Part shown: positions 29,911 to 39,940 of the stretch, piece after piece
Layout of the letters: each line of letters opens with the position of its first letter
Position numbering within the stretch: position 1 is the stretch's first letter
Virus record (IMG/VR): IMGVR_UViG_3300047470_000212
Location: 43,081-107,080 of that record
DNA length: 64,000 bases
Origin: a virus
Direction: 5' to 3' (one strand)
The notes under the pieces: generated by a model
Told to the model about the DNA's origin: nothing
Databases searched by the model: none
Seen by the model: only the letters and a program-made list of their open reading frames with translations
Translations under genes and position numbers: made by a program

Positions 29911-30756
29911 ATCCCCCGCACTGATAAAGAGGGGGACCTCCTTTCCACACACATCGTGTGTGAACTTGACATCATTGTACTGAGGGCCAGGTTGCTTTTC
30001 CTCAATCGCGTCGAGGATGCGCTTCCGGTCGATGATGCCCATGGAACGCGCGAACTCGGGATTACCGGTGACGGCATTCTCGGAGCCGTCTGCCTCCACC
30101 ACGGAAATGAGGCAGCGCGAAAGCAGGAGGGTGTTCTGCTCGGACTCGGTGGTGCGCTCGACAACGGCGAGGATCGCGTCCTGGTCGGAGCCGACGGGCA
30201 GCCGGACGAAAGCCTTCCGGCCCCGGCGGAGTTCGACTTCGAAGATGCGCTGGGACGGGTCGTCCAGGCGCCGGACGGGGATCTCGTCGAGGGTGACGGA
30301 GAGACGGAACTCCTCGCCGCAGTGCGGGCAGGAGAAGCGCTCCCACACGATCTCGTCGCCGTAGGTAGCGCGCCGGATCTCCATCAGCAGCGCGTCGCGG
30401 TCGCCGAGCAGGAGGTTGCCCAGGAGAGCGGGGCCTGCCTTCTCGTCGCCCACCGAGATGGTGCCGGAGGTGAGCAGGGTGGAGATGAACTTGGCGATGC
30501 CGCCCTGGCGGGCCTTGGTGATGGCCTCTTCGTCCGCGCCGGTCAGTTCTCGTACCTCGGCGTCGTAACGAGTGCTGGCGAAGTCGTTGCCCAGAACATA
30601 GCCGCCCGGCAGGCTGAAATTGCCACCTGCCGGGAAGGCTATGTCGGGCTTCTTGACCTCGGTACCCTCGGAGAGCAAAGCCGCAATGGCAGAGTTTGCT
30701 GCACCAGGGTTCGCAAGGGGGTTGGAGTACCCCTCGGTATGAAGGTCGTTAGCCAC
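29893..30756 (-). CDS. Tail assembly chaperone / T4 gp26-like protein
   Basis: VRELTGADEE, LLLGDRDALL, CPHCG; between tube and tape measure. Confidence 0.75.
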   Translation of the reverse strand: MANDLHTEGYSNPLANPGAANSAIAALLSEGTEVKKPDIAFPAGGNFSLPGGYVLGNDFASTRYDAEVRELTGADEEAITKARQGGIAKFISTLLTSGTISVGDEKAGPALLGNLLLGDRDALLMEIRRATYGDEIVWERFSCPHCGEEFRLSVTLDEIPVRRLDDPSQRIFEVELRRGRKAFVRLPVGSDQDAILAVVERTTESEQNTLLLSRCLISVVEADGSENAVTGNPEFARSMGIIDRKRILDAIEEKQPGPQYNDVKFTHDVCGKEVPLFISAGDLFQGL

Positions 30757-30792
30757 TGGTTGTGCTCCTAGTCGAGTTTCGGGAATCCGCTA

Positions 30793-31344
30793 TTAGAAAC
30801 TAACGGAAGAGGAGCCAGTACTGTTAGCCAACTTGAACTCGAAACCCTCATGGGCGAGGGTCATCTGCTGGACGATGATCGCGTTGGCACCCGCGTCCAG
30901 GTCGGAGAAGGCCACTGCCGTCGGCCACGCGTTGTAGACGCGGAATGCCGCCTTGGCGGGAGTGGAGCCGGAAGTCACCGGGTGGTCGAGCACCTTGATG
31001 TCGACCATGTGCCGGAATTCCGCACCGGCCTTTCCGTTGCCGGTGCCCTGGAGGACAGTGAACAACTGCCGCATCCAGTCCATCATCTGGCTGTCGCCGA
31101 CCGCGAGGCCCTTGGACAGCGTGATGGGGGCGAAGTCGCTCTGCCCTGGCATTTTCTGGGTCGTAGTGTTCATTCCGCCCTCACGGTACGGAATCACCTC
31201 AGTCGTTACGTTCAGCCCCGAAACGGACATGAAGCCCATGCGGGCGAAGCCCTTGATGCCGGGGTGCTGGATCTGCACCTGGAACTTGAAGTTCCTCAAG
31301 GGATCGGTGGCGATGTGCCCGATGGTGGGCGAAGTCGTAGCCAT
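30793..31344 (-). CDS. Tail tube protein (T4 gp19-like)
   Basis: DPLRNFKFQV, YREGG, KMPG, NAWP, LAHEG. Confidence 0.93.
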   Translation of the reverse strand: MATTSPTIGHIATDPLRNFKFQVQIQHPGIKGFARMGFMSVSGLNVTTEVIPYREGGMNTTTQKMPGQSDFAPITLSKGLAVGDSQMMDWMRQLFTVLQGTGNGKAGAEFRHMVDIKVLDHPVTSGSTPAKAAFRVYNAWPTAVAFSDLDAGANAIIVQQMTLAHEGFEFKLANSTGSSSVSF

Positions 31345-31358
31345 CAGTGGGTTACCTC

Positions 31359-32903
31359 TCAGGAAGTGGTCGTGCTGTCGTTGACGGTGGCCCCGCCGCT
31401 GGACTGACCGATCTCGATGACGATGAACTCGGCAGGGGTCTGAAGAGCGACACCGACGGAGATGTTCACCGCACCGTTCGCCACCGACGCGGGGGTGTTG
31501 TTGGTCGAGTCGCAGACGACGAAGAACGACTGGTCCGGAGTGGATCCGGCCAGCACGCCGGTCTGCATCAGCGTCAGCAGGTACTGCGAGATGACGGCGT
31601 TGACCTGGTCCCACAGGATCTGGTCGTTGGGCTCGAACACCGCGAAGCGGGTGGCGTCGAGGATGCCCTTCTTGATCAGCATCAGCGACCGGCGAACGGA
31701 GACGTAACGGTCCGGCATGCCGAGGCTCAGCGTGCGAGCCCCGTAGATGACGAAGCCGGTGCCCGGCATGGACTTGAGCACGTTGACGCCCGCCACGTTC
31801 AGCGTGTCCTGGTCGGCGTTGGAGAACCGGAACTGCACATCGAGCACGCCCTTGAGGACCGTGTCGATACCGGCCGGGGGCTTCTGCACACCGCGCGAGG
31901 CGTCGGTGCGGCTGTACTGACCGAGGACCGCGCCGCCAGGAGGCAGCAGACGGGCCGAGCCGGACGACGAGGTGGCCGGGTCGTTGACGATCAGCCACGG
32001 CCCGTAGATCGCCGCGTACGAGGACGCACGGATCGCCGAGCCGCCCGAGGACATGCCCTGGAGGCTCAGTGCGTACGAGTGCGCGTTGTCGGCGCTGGTG
32101 GCCTTCTGGCCGTCCACGACGACGAAGACCGTGCCCTGCCCTTCGGCCCACGTGATGATGGGGTTCAGGACGGTGGAGGAGGTGACACCGGGAACGTTCA
32201 GGACCAGGTTCTCCTCGACGACCTCCAGCCGCTGGGCAGCGGTGGCCAAGTCAGCCGCAGCCACGCCGTCCGAACCGCCCGCCAGTGGGACGCCCGCCTG
32301 GAGCACCGGGGCGTGGTTGGCCGCCCACGCGGTCTGAAGCAGGCTCTCGACCTGAATGAACGCGGAGCCCGTGACCGGGGAGTTGATCAGGGCCGTCGCG
32401 TTGCGGGAGTCGGCAGGGTCCAGGGAGACGTCGGTGAAGCGCTCCTTGAGGAACGCAGCCGTGGCGCCGCCCACGTAGACGTACAGGTCGAACCGACCGG
32501 CGCCGGAGGAGGCCGCCGTGACGTCGAGGTAAACGCCGTTGCCCCACCCGCCCGGGGATATCGCCTTGACCTTGAGGGTGTCCTTCGCGGTCGTCTCGGT
32601 GTCCTGAAGGGTGACGGACGCCGTGACCGCGTCGGAGGCGGCAGCGCGCACGATGTAGGCGCTGTTGCCACCGTTGTTGAAGAACTGGTAGACGGCGAAC
32701 GGGAGCATGTCCGAGGTGTCGCCGAAGCCGCCGTAGGTGGCGACGTACTGCGAGAAGGACGAGACCAGCGTCGGGGCGAGCGGGCCGCCCTGCTTGGACG
32801 TGCCGACGAAGGCCGCGACGGACTCGCCGGGAGTCGTTGCGGTCTGCGCGAGCGGGGTCAGCGTCTCGTTGATGTAGACACCAGGCCGCTTGTAGACAGT
32901 CAT
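31359..32903 (-). CDS. Tail sheath protein
   Basis: RPGVYINE, GVQKPPAG, IYGARTL, RYVSVRR, VFEPND, PAEFIVI. Confidence 0.95.
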   Translation of the reverse strand: MTVYKRPGVYINETLTPLAQTATTPGESVAAFVGTSKQGGPLAPTLVSSFSQYVATYGGFGDTSDMLPFAVYQFFNNGGNSAYIVRAAASDAVTASVTLQDTETTAKDTLKVKAISPGGWGNGVYLDVTAASSGAGRFDLYVYVGGATAAFLKERFTDVSLDPADSRNATALINSPVTGSAFIQVESLLQTAWAANHAPVLQAGVPLAGGSDGVAAADLATAAQRLEVVEENLVLNVPGVTSSTVLNPIITWAEGQGTVFVVVDGQKATSADNAHSYALSLQGMSSGGSAIRASSYAAIYGPWLIVNDPATSSSGSARLLPPGGAVLGQYSRTDASRGVQKPPAGIDTVLKGVLDVQFRFSNADQDTLNVAGVNVLKSMPGTGFVIYGARTLSLGMPDRYVSVRRSLMLIKKGILDATRFAVFEPNDQILWDQVNAVISQYLLTLMQTGVLAGSTPDQSFFVVCDSTNNTPASVANGAVNISVGVALQTPAEFIVIEIGQSSGGATVNDSTTTS

Positions 32904-32943
32904 CTGTTATCTCCTGTTAGGGGTTATTTCCTGGGGCTCCGAA

Positions 32944-33594
32944 TTACTGATCCGGTGTCTGTGGTGCGGTTACGTCTTCCAGGTAGTACTCGAAGTCCAG
33001 TGCCACGGTCTGTGCCTTCACGTACTGCAAGGCCGTTGCCGGAAGCATTTCGCTGGAAACAGAGATCAGGTATTCGCGGCGGAACAGCCGCTTTCCGTCC
33101 TCGTCTCGGGTGTCGACCAGCTCGGGCCCCCCAAGCAGATCCAGTCGGCGCACCGTTCCGTCTTCGGGAATCGCGAGGAATCCGAAGCGGGAAGGAATCC
33201 GGTCGTGCTGGGCAAGGGCCGCAGCAAGCGCCATGTCGTGCCAGTAGGTGCGGGAGAAGACGACAATCCGGTACCGCAGGTCGTACGGGATGGGGTACTC
33301 GACGATGTACGGGGACTTGGTGACGTCGTACGACGGGGAGTCCGGGTTCCACCACGGCTCGGAGCCCTCGGGTGCGTACGGGAGCCGTACCTGACCTCGG
33401 TGCTCGCGCTCGTCGGCCTTGTCGATCCCCGCGTGCTCGATGACGATCAGGGGGAACGTCTGCTTGGCCATCTCGCTTTCCGGCACGCGATAGCGCACCG
33501 GGACATCACGGCCATCCGGTGCGTTCACGTCAGTGACGGTGAGGCCCTGGAGTTTCGCCTTTACGGCGCGGTCCTCATTAATGAGCCATGGCAA
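32944..33594 (-). CDS. Tail terminator/completion protein
   Basis: Position upstream of sheath; PYDLRYRI. Confidence 0.6.
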   Translation of the reverse strand: MPWLINEDRAVKAKLQGLTVTDVNAPDGRDVPVRYRVPESEMAKQTFPLIVIEHAGIDKADEREHRGQVRLPYAPEGSEPWWNPDSPSYDVTKSPYIVEYPIPYDLRYRIVVFSRTYWHDMALAAALAQHDRIPSRFGFLAIPEDGTVRRLDLLGGPELVDTRDEDGKRLFRREYLISVSSEMLPATALQYVKAQTVALDFEYYLEDVTAPQTPDQ

Positions 33595-33670
33595 AGCGGG
33601 CCTCTTGAGATCTCGGAAAGCGGAAGTCCTCCGGCATTCAGGATCTCAAGAAGCCCGTCGAAGTTTGTAG

Positions 33671-34189
33671 TCAGGCCTTCTGGGACCAGCGCGCGAACTG
33701 CGCGTCGTTCACCAGCTCGTCCGGTTTCATCTGGACACATTCCATGCCGACGATGATGTCTCGGTTCTGGATCTGTCCCAGAACGGAAATCGACGAGACC
33801 CGAAATACCGTGTCGTCGTAGACGATCCGGTCGGTCAGGTACTTCTCGTGGTCGATGTCCTGGTCGGTGAAGCCCATTTTCCGCAGCGCGTCGAACGAGG
33901 CGGTGATGTGCAGGTTGTCCACCGTGTAGAGACCCTGGGTCGTGTCCTGCGCAGGGCCCTGGTTGTGGACGATGTGCAGCGCAGGGATCCGGTACGGGCC
34001 GACGAAGATCTTCCCCTGGCCCGTGCCCTCGTCGTACAGGTCGTCTCCGGCCGAGTCGGCGTGGGAGAAGCGGTAGTACTCCGCCCGTTCGCCGACCTCT
34101 GTCTGGCGCCCTCGAAGGACCCCCATGATGTCGGTGGTCTCGTAGGTGGCGTTGAATCTTCCGTGGGTCTTCCAGTCGAGTCGGCCCAT
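33671..34189 (-). CDS. Neck/head-closure protein
   Basis: Position; DRIVYDDTVFRV. Confidence 0.6.
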   Translation of the reverse strand: MGRLDWKTHGRFNATYETTDIMGVLRGRQTEVGERAEYYRFSHADSAGDDLYDEGTGQGKIFVGPYRIPALHIVHNQGPAQDTTQGLYTVDNLHITASFDALRKMGFTDQDIDHEKYLTDRIVYDDTVFRVSSISVLGQIQNRDIIVGMECVQMKPDELVNDAQFARWSQKA

Positions 34190-35004
34190 CAGTAGCCCCA
34201 GGATCCGAAGACGCTGGAAGGCACGCCGGACTCGTCGTCGTTCTGGTGGCCCGGCCCGATTGGCGGGAGGATCCGCTGCGGCAGGGAGTGGTCGTCGTAC
34301 TCGCGCTCACGGAAGATGGGCACCAGGCGGCCGGTCGTACGGGAGACCCGGCGCAGGTTGGTGACCTCGATCGAGTACAGGCCGACGCCCATCTTTTCGC
34401 AGAGCGTCTTGTACCTATCGGTGAGCATGCCGATCTGCGTCTGGATCTGGGCGAACCTCTGGCCACGGTCCACCGAAGTGCCGTCCGAGGTCTGCACGTT
34501 GATGTCAGTCGCCGCGTCCGTGGACAGCGCCCACATGGCCTCAATGGCGGCCAGCATGACCACCATGACGTCCTCCTCCGGCGGGAGGGTGGAGACATCG
34601 ACAGCGACCTCGTCGTACTTGATGAAGCCGTGGCTGTCCTTGTAGCGGGTCGTGATGGTGCGTCCCCGGTTGTGCTGGGCCAGCGCGTCGTTCAGGTAGT
34701 TGTCCAACTCGTCGTCGGCGAACAGTCCGTACGAGGACCCGGACACCAGCAGCAGGGCATCGAGCGCCAGCGGCTGGGTCAGGTCGAGGATGCCGTTGAG
34801 TGCGTCGAGGACGTAGTCGGCGGGGGTGCTCAGCGTGGTCTGCGAGCCCCCCGAGATATGAAGCACTTCCAGGCCGGTGACGTTGTTCGCACTCAGTTCG
34901 TACTGAGCGACGTCACCTGTGCCCCGGATGGTGTCGCGGAACGGCTGGAGCCGGTCGCCCAGCTCGGAGCGCACCCGGATACGCAGTTCATCGAGAGTTG
35001 CCAT
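34189..35004 (-). CDS. Head-tail adaptor-like protein
   Basis: LRIRVRSELGD, FADDELDNYL; position. Confidence 0.6.
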   Translation of the reverse strand: MATLDELRIRVRSELGDRLQPFRDTIRGTGDVAQYELSANNVTGLEVLHISGGSQTTLSTPADYVLDALNGILDLTQPLALDALLLVSGSSYGLFADDELDNYLNDALAQHNRGRTITTRYKDSHGFIKYDEVAVDVSTLPPEEDVMVVMLAAIEAMWALSTDAATDINVQTSDGTSVDRGQRFAQIQTQIGMLTDRYKTLCEKMGVGLYSIEVTNLRRVSRTTGRLVPIFREREYDDHSLPQRILPPIGPGHQNDDESGVPSSVFGSWGY

Positions 35005-35020
35005 TCCGCGACTCCTCCTG

Positions 35021-35443
35021 TCAGGCGTTCAGCGTCAGAGCGCCAGCGGCGATCTGGAGCGATTCGTTGGTGACGGCCAGCAGCGGGTCGTCGATGGGCC
35101 ACACGTAGATGCACGTGCCGCCCGTACCCGAGACCGTGGTGACCAGGGCCGCGAAGGAGGCCGCGTCGACCATGTCGGCAGTGAACGGGCCGTAGAACAG
35201 CAGCGCGTTGTTGGCTGTGGTCATCGGGGCTCCGGACGGCGCCGTCCACGCCACCTGCTGCCGCGCGTAGCCGGGGGTCGTGATCTCCGCCAGCGTGGTC
35301 ATGTCGACGGGGGTGCCGTCATCGTTGCTCGGGTCGGCGGTGAGCAGAGCCAGGTAGGTGTTGCGGGGAGCGGTGTAGGCCACCGCCCGGCCGGTGAGGA
35401 AGTCCAGGGCGTTGCCCGCCCAGGTGGGGACAGTACCGGCCAT
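35021..35443 (-). CDS. Virion structural protein
   Basis: YLALLTADP...GYARQ motif common in phage structural proteins. Confidence 0.65.
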   Translation of the reverse strand: MAGTVPTWAGNALDFLTGRAVAYTAPRNTYLALLTADPSNDDGTPVDMTTLAEITTPGYARQQVAWTAPSGAPMTTANNALLFYGPFTADMVDAASFAALVTTVSGTGGTCIYVWPIDDPLLAVTNESLQIAAGALTLNA

Positions 35444-35742
35444 CAGGCATCACTCTTCTTGAACAGGCGCAGGAAGTCGGACAGGTGCAGGGAGAAGTGC
35501 CGTACGGCCGTGCCCGGCGCGTGAGCGCCTGCATCGGTGATCACGTGGGTGTCGTGCTCGTAGGCGAGGAGGACTGAGTCCTCACCCGCGTGGCCAACGC
35601 CAGCGGTGCCTGCCGGGTGGACGTCGACCACGGACACCACGGAGCCGGAGGGAACGTGTCCCAGCCCGGCCCCGAAGCCCTCGGCGTTCTCCAGCACGAA
35701 CGTCTCCCCAGCAGTGGGGGTGACAGGAGCGGGAGTCTTCAT
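35443..35742 (-). CDS. Hypothetical protein
   Basis: RBS; TGATG overlap. Confidence 0.65.
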   Translation of the reverse strand: MKTPAPVTPTAGETFVLENAEGFGAGLGHVPSGSVVSVVDVHPAGTAGVGHAGEDSVLLAYEHDTHVITDAGAHAPGTAVRHFSLHLSDFLRLFKKSDA

Positions 35743-35763
35743 GGGATAGGTCTCCTTGGACCG

Positions 35764-36144
35764 TCAGTGCCAGATGTAGCCGAGGCCGTCAAGGTGGTCG
35801 TAGAGCGCCTTGGGCGCCTTGTACCGGACACCCTCTTCGAAATCGAAGTGGTTGCCGTGGCCGAAGGTCATGTTCTCCAGCGAGGTGTTCACACGGAACT
35901 CACGCATGGGGGTCTCGACCTCGACAGCCTCCGACACCTCGATCGGCGCCGGGGCCGGAGGGGCACTCATGTCCCTCGGTACGACCTCATGGACGGTGTC
36001 GTCGCGCTCGGCAGCGGCCTGGGCGTTGATGAGCGAGATCTCGTGCTCGCGAGCCTTCAACTCCTCGGCGTGCTCCTTGGCGAGAGCGGCCTTGTTGCGG
36101 CCGGTCAGATCACCGGGGCGAGCGACGTTGCGTGCAGTAGGCAT
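35764..36144 (-). CDS. Hypothetical virion-associated protein
   Basis: ORF after capsid gene, GGAG RBS. Confidence 0.65.
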   Translation of the reverse strand: MPTARNVARPGDLTGRNKAALAKEHAEELKAREHEISLINAQAAAERDDTVHEVVPRDMSAPPAPAPIEVSEAVEVETPMREFRVNTSLENMTFGHGNHFDFEEGVRYKAPKALYDHLDGLGYIWH

Positions 36145-36201
36145 TTCAATTCTCCGGGTTCGGGACTCGTTTATCGTGAAGCGGTACTACTCTAACGAGG
36201 A

Positions 36202-36238
36202 AGGGGAGCGGTCCTGGTAATCCAGAACCCGCTCCCCT
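36202..36238. terminator. Hairpin after major capsid gene
   Basis: AGGGGAGCGG...CCGCTCCCCT. Confidence 0.6.
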
Positions 36239-36303
36239 AACTTGTGGACTAGCCGGTTACCGCGAATACCAACTCAACTAGGATTCCTTGCGGAATCGCT
36301 GGC

Positions 36304-37296
36304 TCAGTTGGTCTCCGCGATGAGGACCGCCTGGTCGGTGATGAGGCCAAGACCCCAAATCGCGTACCAGGCCAGGGCGTGCTCTCGTCCGAAGTCGAGA
36401 ATGCCGCCGTCACGCAGTTCGACCGGCAGCGAGATCGCGTGGCCGAACGCGTTGTCGCCCAGGAAGATCGACTGGTAGACGGTCTTGCCACCAGCGAAGT
36501 TGTTGGTGAACTGCTTGACCTGAGTCGTCTCAATGAAAACGACATCGTTCAGGCGGCCAATCTCACCGAGCATGAAGTTGCCCGGCGCGGCATACTTCGT
36601 GACCTCGATGAATTCCGGGTCATCACGCAGACGGCGGCTCTGGTGCGGGTGGATGAAGCAGACGTAGGTCTCGCCCAAGCGGGGGACGTTCTTCGTCGCC
36701 AAGGTCTCCACGGCGTCCTTGACGAGCGCGGCGGTGAAGTTGTGGGTGCCGTCCAGAAGGTCGGTCCCAGCAGCGGCGGTACCCGGGGCGTAGACACCCA
36801 TGCCGGTCTGGGCCGACGCGGTCGCGTACTTGTTGTAACCCCAGATCTTCGAGGACGCCTGGAGCAGGGTGTCTCGGGCAGACTGGTCGAGGTAGAGAGC
36901 CATGTTGCGGCCCAGGAGACGCGAGGCCGAGGCCATGACGTCGTCGAACGAGGCGTTCAGCAGCAGTTCGGAGACCGCGACCGCGTAGCCGTGCTCCGCG
37001 ACGGTGATGGAGAACTGGCTGGCGGACAGGGCGTTGGTCTGCATGCGCACACCTTCGACCAACTGCCCGGCGGAGCCGAGGTTGTTGTACCTCATGAAGT
37101 TGATCGTGAGGCCGGGCTGAACGCCCAATTCGGTCTTCTTCACCGCGAACTGCTCGAAGCGGAGAATCGGCATGGACTGGAACAAAATCTCCTTGCTCCA
37201 GATGGTCTGAATGGCCGCACCGAGAGTGCTGTTGGCGCCCGAGTAGTTCGTCGGAGAAGCCGACAGGTTCGGGGTACCAGTGATCGCGCTTGGCAT
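36304..37296 (-). CDS. Major capsid protein (N4-gp56-like, HK97 fold)
   Basis: 330 aa after scaffold; GLTINFMRY, YVCFIHP, GEIGRL, DFGR. Confidence 0.9.
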   Translation of the reverse strand: MPSAITGTPNLSASPTNYSGANSTLGAAIQTIWSKEILFQSMPILRFEQFAVKKTELGVQPGLTINFMRYNNLGSAGQLVEGVRMQTNALSASQFSITVAEHGYAVAVSELLLNASFDDVMASASRLLGRNMALYLDQSARDTLLQASSKIWGYNKYATASAQTGMGVYAPGTAAAGTDLLDGTHNFTAALVKDAVETLATKNVPRLGETYVCFIHPHQSRRLRDDPEFIEVTKYAAPGNFMLGEIGRLNDVVFIETTQVKQFTNNFAGGKTVYQSIFLGDNAFGHAISLPVELRDGGILDFGREHALAWYAIWGLGLITDQAVLIAETN

Positions 37297-37331
37297 ACTG
37301 TGAATTCCTTAGTTACGGGTACTCGACCGAA

Positions 37332-38192
37332 TTACGAGTACAGTCCACGCTGGTTCTGGGCGGCATTACCGACGCCCAACTGGCCCCGAATCTTGGCGTA
37401 CTCGGACATAGGCATGGCCTGGAGGTCCTGGAGGGAGTACGACTTGTGCCCCGGATCAGTGTCCATAGGTCCGGTGGTGGAATAGCCCGTGGGGCTCACA
37501 CCACGCATGGTGGCTCGCTGCTGAATAGCGGCCTGCTGGACCGACTCCAGGATAGCCTGGGTCTTTGCCTTGACTGTATTGATGCTTGCCTCTACCTCGT
37601 CCGGCGAATTACCACCGACGAAGTCGAGAAGTTCCGGAGCGATGTTCTCGGACTCCTCGCCCACACGCTTCTGAATGTAGGTCTGGAGGTTGTTGAACTC
37701 CTGCTCCTTGGCGAACAGGGTGCGCTCCTGCTCACGCTCGCGCTCGAACTGCTCGAAGCGGGAAGTCCACTCCTGCTCCTTCTGCGCCAGCAAGTCCTTC
37801 GCGGACATGTCCTGCTCCGCCAGCGACTTGGCCTGAGTCTCGGCGTCCTTGCGACGCTTCTCCTCGTCGGCCTGCGCGGCCTCACGGGCCTTGCGCTGGT
37901 CCTCGATCTCCTTGAGGAACTTGTTGTTCTGCTCCTCGATCTTGGAGATCCGGCCGTACAACTTGTCCTTCTCCTCCTGCCGCGCCTTGGCGATGTCCTC
38001 GGCGGTGAAGCGAGGTTCGGCAGGCGTGGCGGCGGGCGGCTCGACGACAGCGGCCGGTACGACGATGACAGGGTCGCCACCTTCACCGGGCTGCGGAGCC
38101 CCACCCGCGATGGGGTGGATCGGACGGCCATCCTTGCGGTAGCCAAGTACGGTCTGAGCGGGCACGGAAATGCCCTGGGTATGAAGCGACAT
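37332..38192 (-). CDS. Capsid scaffolding protein
   Basis: Charged coiled coil between portal and capsid. Confidence 0.8.
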   Translation of the reverse strand: MSLHTQGISVPAQTVLGYRKDGRPIHPIAGGAPQPGEGGDPVIVVPAAVVEPPAATPAEPRFTAEDIAKARQEEKDKLYGRISKIEEQNNKFLKEIEDQRKAREAAQADEEKRRKDAETQAKSLAEQDMSAKDLLAQKEQEWTSRFEQFEREREQERTLFAKEQEFNNLQTYIQKRVGEESENIAPELLDFVGGNSPDEVEASINTVKAKTQAILESVQQAAIQQRATMRGVSPTGYSTTGPMDTDPGHKSYSLQDLQAMPMSEYAKIRGQLGVGNAAQNQRGLYS

Positions 38193-38205
38193 GCGCTCTC
38201 GACTC

Positions 38206-39924
38206 CTAGTCGGTCTGGGTGTCCGGGTCTCGGCGAAGTCCGGCCCGTGGGCCGTACGCCTGTGTCACGATTTCAGTAGTCATTTTCTGAATCTCGGGAG
38301 CCGTGATGTTGCCGAGTTCGACACCACCGGGAAGCGTCACCGGATTCGGACCCGCAGGCTGATTGATGGGGTTGCCATCCGCATCAGTTTGCGGTGCAGG
38401 CGCATCCACCCCATCAGGTGGCAATCCCGTCAGTTGCAGAATAGTCGAATCGATCTGTGCCTTTAGCATTCGCAGAGCGCCCTGTTGCTTGGCGTCCTCG
38501 ATCTGCTCCTCGAAGATCTCGCGGACCTTCTCGTCCGGGAACTCCTCGCCCAAGTCGTGGAGGGCTCCGCGCATGGACTCAAGGCCCATGGACATCTTCG
38601 CCTGGATCTCGTTCAACTTGATGAGGGTGTCGACCGGCAGAGGGGCAGGCCATTCGCACTCGGTGAAGTAGGCCATAGGGTCGAGCACATCGACCATAGG
38701 CGGCTGATCGTCCTTCATGATGCCCTCGGTTGCAGGGTCATACAGCCGGGATTCCGGCTCGAAGGTGAACAGCGTCTTGAGGATGAGTTCGTTGACCTTC
38801 TGGAGGCCGACGGAGTACTGCATCTTCTTCTGGTCGTAGCGGGACATCATGGGTCGATACATGATGGCCAATGCCACACCCGATGTATTGCTCGCGGGTT
38901 GCATCTGCCCGAGCGCCGTTTCCGGAACGCCCGTTATCTCGTGCATGGAACGCTTGATCATCTCCAGGTACTGGAGCGGTCCCGCGATGTCGACGCCATT
39001 CTCCAAGTTGAACACGTTCGCGTCTTTGGGGAGTCCGCCCCACACCTTGCGAGGACCCTTCTCAAGGTTGCTCGCTTTCGCGCCCGTGATGATCGTTACG
39101 GGGGCGGCGTGGTAATTGATGATGTCGCTGATGTCGGTGGCCTTCTCGTTGTACTCACGATTCAGGCTGATGATGTCGGCGATATCGGAGAGACCCCAGG
39201 GTGAGCCGCTGACCTGCGAGTTGGCGATGTGGACCACGGGTATGAGGCCCAGCGGGTTCGGCCGGGAGTCTATGAGTTCGTCATTCAGATACTCTTCGAT
39301 CGTCGAGTCCGTGAGCACTTCGACGTAGGTGTAGACGGATCGCGTCCCATCTTCGCCGGTAGCCCAAAAACGGTACTTGAGTTTGAAGCGGATCAGGCGG
39401 TCCCTGTCATGGGGGTGCCACTCTGGAAAGCAGAAAGCAGAGTTGAGCGGGAGGATCCTTACGCGGCCGGGCTGTTCTTGTCCCAGATCATCTACGTATG
39501 CCGGTGCGTAGGCCACCTTCACAAAGCAGTCGCCACCGACGCCGCCTTGCTGGCCCATCTCCCAGAGCAACTGCTCCTTGCGGTTGTCCACCTCCCAGGC
39601 CCTCTTGAGGAGGGAGGGGACGATGTGTTCGTACTGCTTGACGGACTTGAAGTGAACTCCGCGCCCGAAGGTGAAATTGTTGATGTAGTCGGCGAAGGCT
39701 TTCACGTAGTTGAACGTGATCTGGCTCTCTCCAGCCTCACGGCGGTACCCCCAGTGGTGTCCCAAGTAGTATGCAAAGTTCTGGGAATAACGGTTGAGGC
39801 GCGGGCCATGCACTTCGAACTCCTCGTCGGCCAATTCGACTAGGCCGAGAGGAGAGATCGACACAGTAAGGTCTGATCCCGAGGCCCGCATAGACGGGCT
39901 GGCGAATGAGATGGCACCGCTCAT
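38206..39924 (-). CDS. Portal protein (SPP1 gp6-like)
   Basis: 572 aa; NPLGLIPVVH, WGLSDI, SGVAL. Confidence 0.88.
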   Translation of the reverse strand: MSGAISFASPSMRASGSDLTVSISPLGLVELADEEFEVHGPRLNRYSQNFAYYLGHHWGYRREAGESQITFNYVKAFADYINNFTFGRGVHFKSVKQYEHIVPSLLKRAWEVDNRKEQLLWEMGQQGGVGGDCFVKVAYAPAYVDDLGQEQPGRVRILPLNSAFCFPEWHPHDRDRLIRFKLKYRFWATGEDGTRSVYTYVEVLTDSTIEEYLNDELIDSRPNPLGLIPVVHIANSQVSGSPWGLSDIADIISLNREYNEKATDISDIINYHAAPVTIITGAKASNLEKGPRKVWGGLPKDANVFNLENGVDIAGPLQYLEMIKRSMHEITGVPETALGQMQPASNTSGVALAIMYRPMMSRYDQKKMQYSVGLQKVNELILKTLFTFEPESRLYDPATEGIMKDDQPPMVDVLDPMAYFTECEWPAPLPVDTLIKLNEIQAKMSMGLESMRGALHDLGEEFPDEKVREIFEEQIEDAKQQGALRMLKAQIDSTILQLTGLPPDGVDAPAPQTDADGNPINQPAGPNPVTLPGGVELGNITAPEIQKMTTEIVTQAYGPRAGLRRDPDTQTD

Positions 39925-39940
39925 GGAAAGGTTCTCCGAC

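Noticed and set aside
323-33323. Many long plus-strand ORFs (e.g. 323-2308, 21699-24032, 26873-29779, 31347-33323)
   Set aside because: Antisense shadows of high-GC minus-strand genes; no motifs or RBS.
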